A stretch of DNA of 64,000 bases from Rhizodiscina lignyota (Eukaryota): NCBI GenBank assembly GCA_010015805.1, contig ML978122.1:840453-904452 (forward strand), read 5' to 3'. A program made the translations under genes and the position numbers. Each line of letters opens with the position of its first letter. Position 1 is the stretch's first letter. Below the pieces are notes generated by a model. The model had not been told where the DNA came from, did not search any database, and saw only the letters and a program-made list of their open reading frames with translations. Positions 61,988-64,000 of the stretch are shown here, piece by piece.

Positions 61988-64000
61988 TGTTATTGGTCAA
62001 AATTACTATATGGTGCCTCGGGATGGAGATTGGAGAAAAAAAGGACGATACCTGAGCAAAGGGTCTAAGAGAAATACGAGCGGTGACGATGTCGGGGCAG
62101 CGATGGCCTAGCTTCTACTTGTATCTTCCCTCGTGGCACACTCGGATCTAAGCCGGAACGTTAAGAGGATGGTGTGAGTGGTTATGTCAGTCTGCACTTG
62201 CAGCTGTGGTGCGTGACCAGACGAACAATCAGCTGTACAGTAACGAATATGTAAGGTGGAGAAGAGAAGCGCGCTGTCGGCAATGTTAGGAGGACAAAGG
62301 TTTACTACAGCAATACCCTGGGAAGCATATTGATGAGTGATTCCGCATATGTTGTATTAATATCACCAGCACGGATGCCACCTTACCAGTCCGAGCAATA
62401 TGGTGTCACGGTAAGCTTTCTAGGGAAAGGGCCCAGCATAGGGAGCGATCGAGCCGAGCGGAATCGGGCACGGTGTGCGGCGAAAAGTGTTAAATTGGCG
62501 CATCATATCGTCGATGGAGGGCGGTGGGTGGAAGTGTGATGGCTTGAGGCTGTTGTCCCAATGGAATGGCTGGTGCATCCGGTCCTTCCGACACGTTGAT
62601 TGATGTCATTTGAGAGAGCTTCCATTTAATTTCTCGACGATATTAAATCAGTACACCCGTCCCCATTTGCTCTTCGGCAAGATTCAAGTATCATGACGCT
62701 CTAATGTTCACGTCGGACTCGCTCCGTGCCTGACTGTACAGTTAATTTCCAATCGTCATGGTGTGACGTGAAATTGAGGCTGCTCGGGCTGGGTCAATCC
62801 TTCATACCAAGCTTTTTTAAGCCGCCGCTCATCCCTGCCTGCATCGGCACTACTCCGTCTGGCCACGACCTCGAATCATCTCTTCTTTGCCGTTTCTGCT
62901 TCTGGAGCACTTCCTTATGTATTTCCTATTTAGTTTACCTTTCCCCTCTGCCTAGCCCGAAGCCTTGCATTCTCGCATTTCCGTGGACTGATGGGAGGAG
63001 AGCCAACCGATCCTCCCGAGCCGTTAGGATTGTTGGGCTGCATACCGGATCGACAGCCTGCCCTGGCGAGAACTCGCTCTGGACTTGCTGAGTAACACCG
63101 ATTTTATGCCACCGAAGCTGCCAGGGCCGCTGACATCACACTCCAGTGTACTTACACTTGCCACATCACTGGTCGGCTCGCTGTTCCGAAGAGATTGTTA
63201 CGGCACGGTTTCTTCTCGCGCGACAGTGCCGACACCGCCAACATTGCATACCTGAAGAGACGTCTTCGCTGAAAGAGGCACGTGCTATCTGACAGATGCC
63301 TTAGCAATACAACGAATCTTTTGATATGGCATCAATGAACGTAGTGCCGCTGAAAAATTGAAAGCGCAACTGCCGAGAGAATGTTTGTCAGTCTTAGCAC
63401 AGTCGAGCGAACCCAAGTCCTCTCAAGCGATGAAAGTATCACATATGAAGCCGGGGAATGAGCTCGCTTCCAAATCGAAGAATATCTGAAAATAGCTTCG
63501 AGGACGATATTCACATTCCAAAAGTATTCATGGATATACATTTGTAAGTTAAAAGGCTGCCGAAGCCACACTTCTCGAGTGGCTCGAAAGCGTACACTCC
63601 GTATCCAAGCTCGTAGTCTTCGCCTTCGGAATCGCATTCATCTCATCGGCCCCCTTATGGAAGATATGAATCGCCTCTTCAAGTTTATGTTTGCAGTTGG
63701 CTATTATTGAAACAGTGCACCGCGTAATGCGACTTCATTGTCGAGAAACAGCGACTTCTTCGAAGCGACACCGATTGACTCTACCCTGACCACATCTTTG
63801 TCAGTAAGGTCAAGTGCTTCGTCAACTTTCTGCACGTTCACACACCTTTCTCCGGTCAGACACTCTACCATTAGAAAAAGTCATCGGATTTAGCTAATTT
63901 CTCCAAGAAAGGGACATTGAATGTCACCAGCTGCAGGCCAGAAAATTTCGACACCTCGTCCGAAGCTCACATGGCAACAACCATGATTTCTGCTTGATAG

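Overview
Eukaryotic genomic DNA from a filamentous ascomycete (Pezizomycotina, probably Dothideomycetes; inferred from short GT-AG introns with CTRAC branch sites, gene content and RIP-like decay). It carries about 21 intact-looking protein-coding genes. Housekeeping genes: dynactin p25, ARF6, SGF29, mannose-6-phosphate isomerase, gamma-tubulin, a PGC1-like phosphodiesterase, a group II G-alpha, MOD5, CAF16, a mitochondrial carrier, a GT8, NUP188, CDC40/PRP17 and an SPT small-subunit-like protein. Accessory or secreted genes: an SGNH hydrolase, a lysozyme-like secreted protein, a small secreted protein, a beta-lactamase-fold hydrolase and a DUF2235 hydrolase. The most notable observations are: (1) a full-length Argonaute with an intact catalytic tetrad, interrupted by in-frame stops but no frameshift; (2) two adjacent ORFs that splice in frame into a predicted 1725-aa protein with tandem UIM-like repeats and a C-terminal SIKE/SCI1-like STRIPAK coiled coil, where retaining one intron would give a tail-anchored isoform instead; (3) an island of RIP-like pseudogenes at 11.2-13.3 kb; (4) a Tc1-type transposase relic; (5) a GC-AG intron. 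No tRNA, rRNA or CRISPR array was recognised. All calls come from manual translation and motif recognition; no database search was run.
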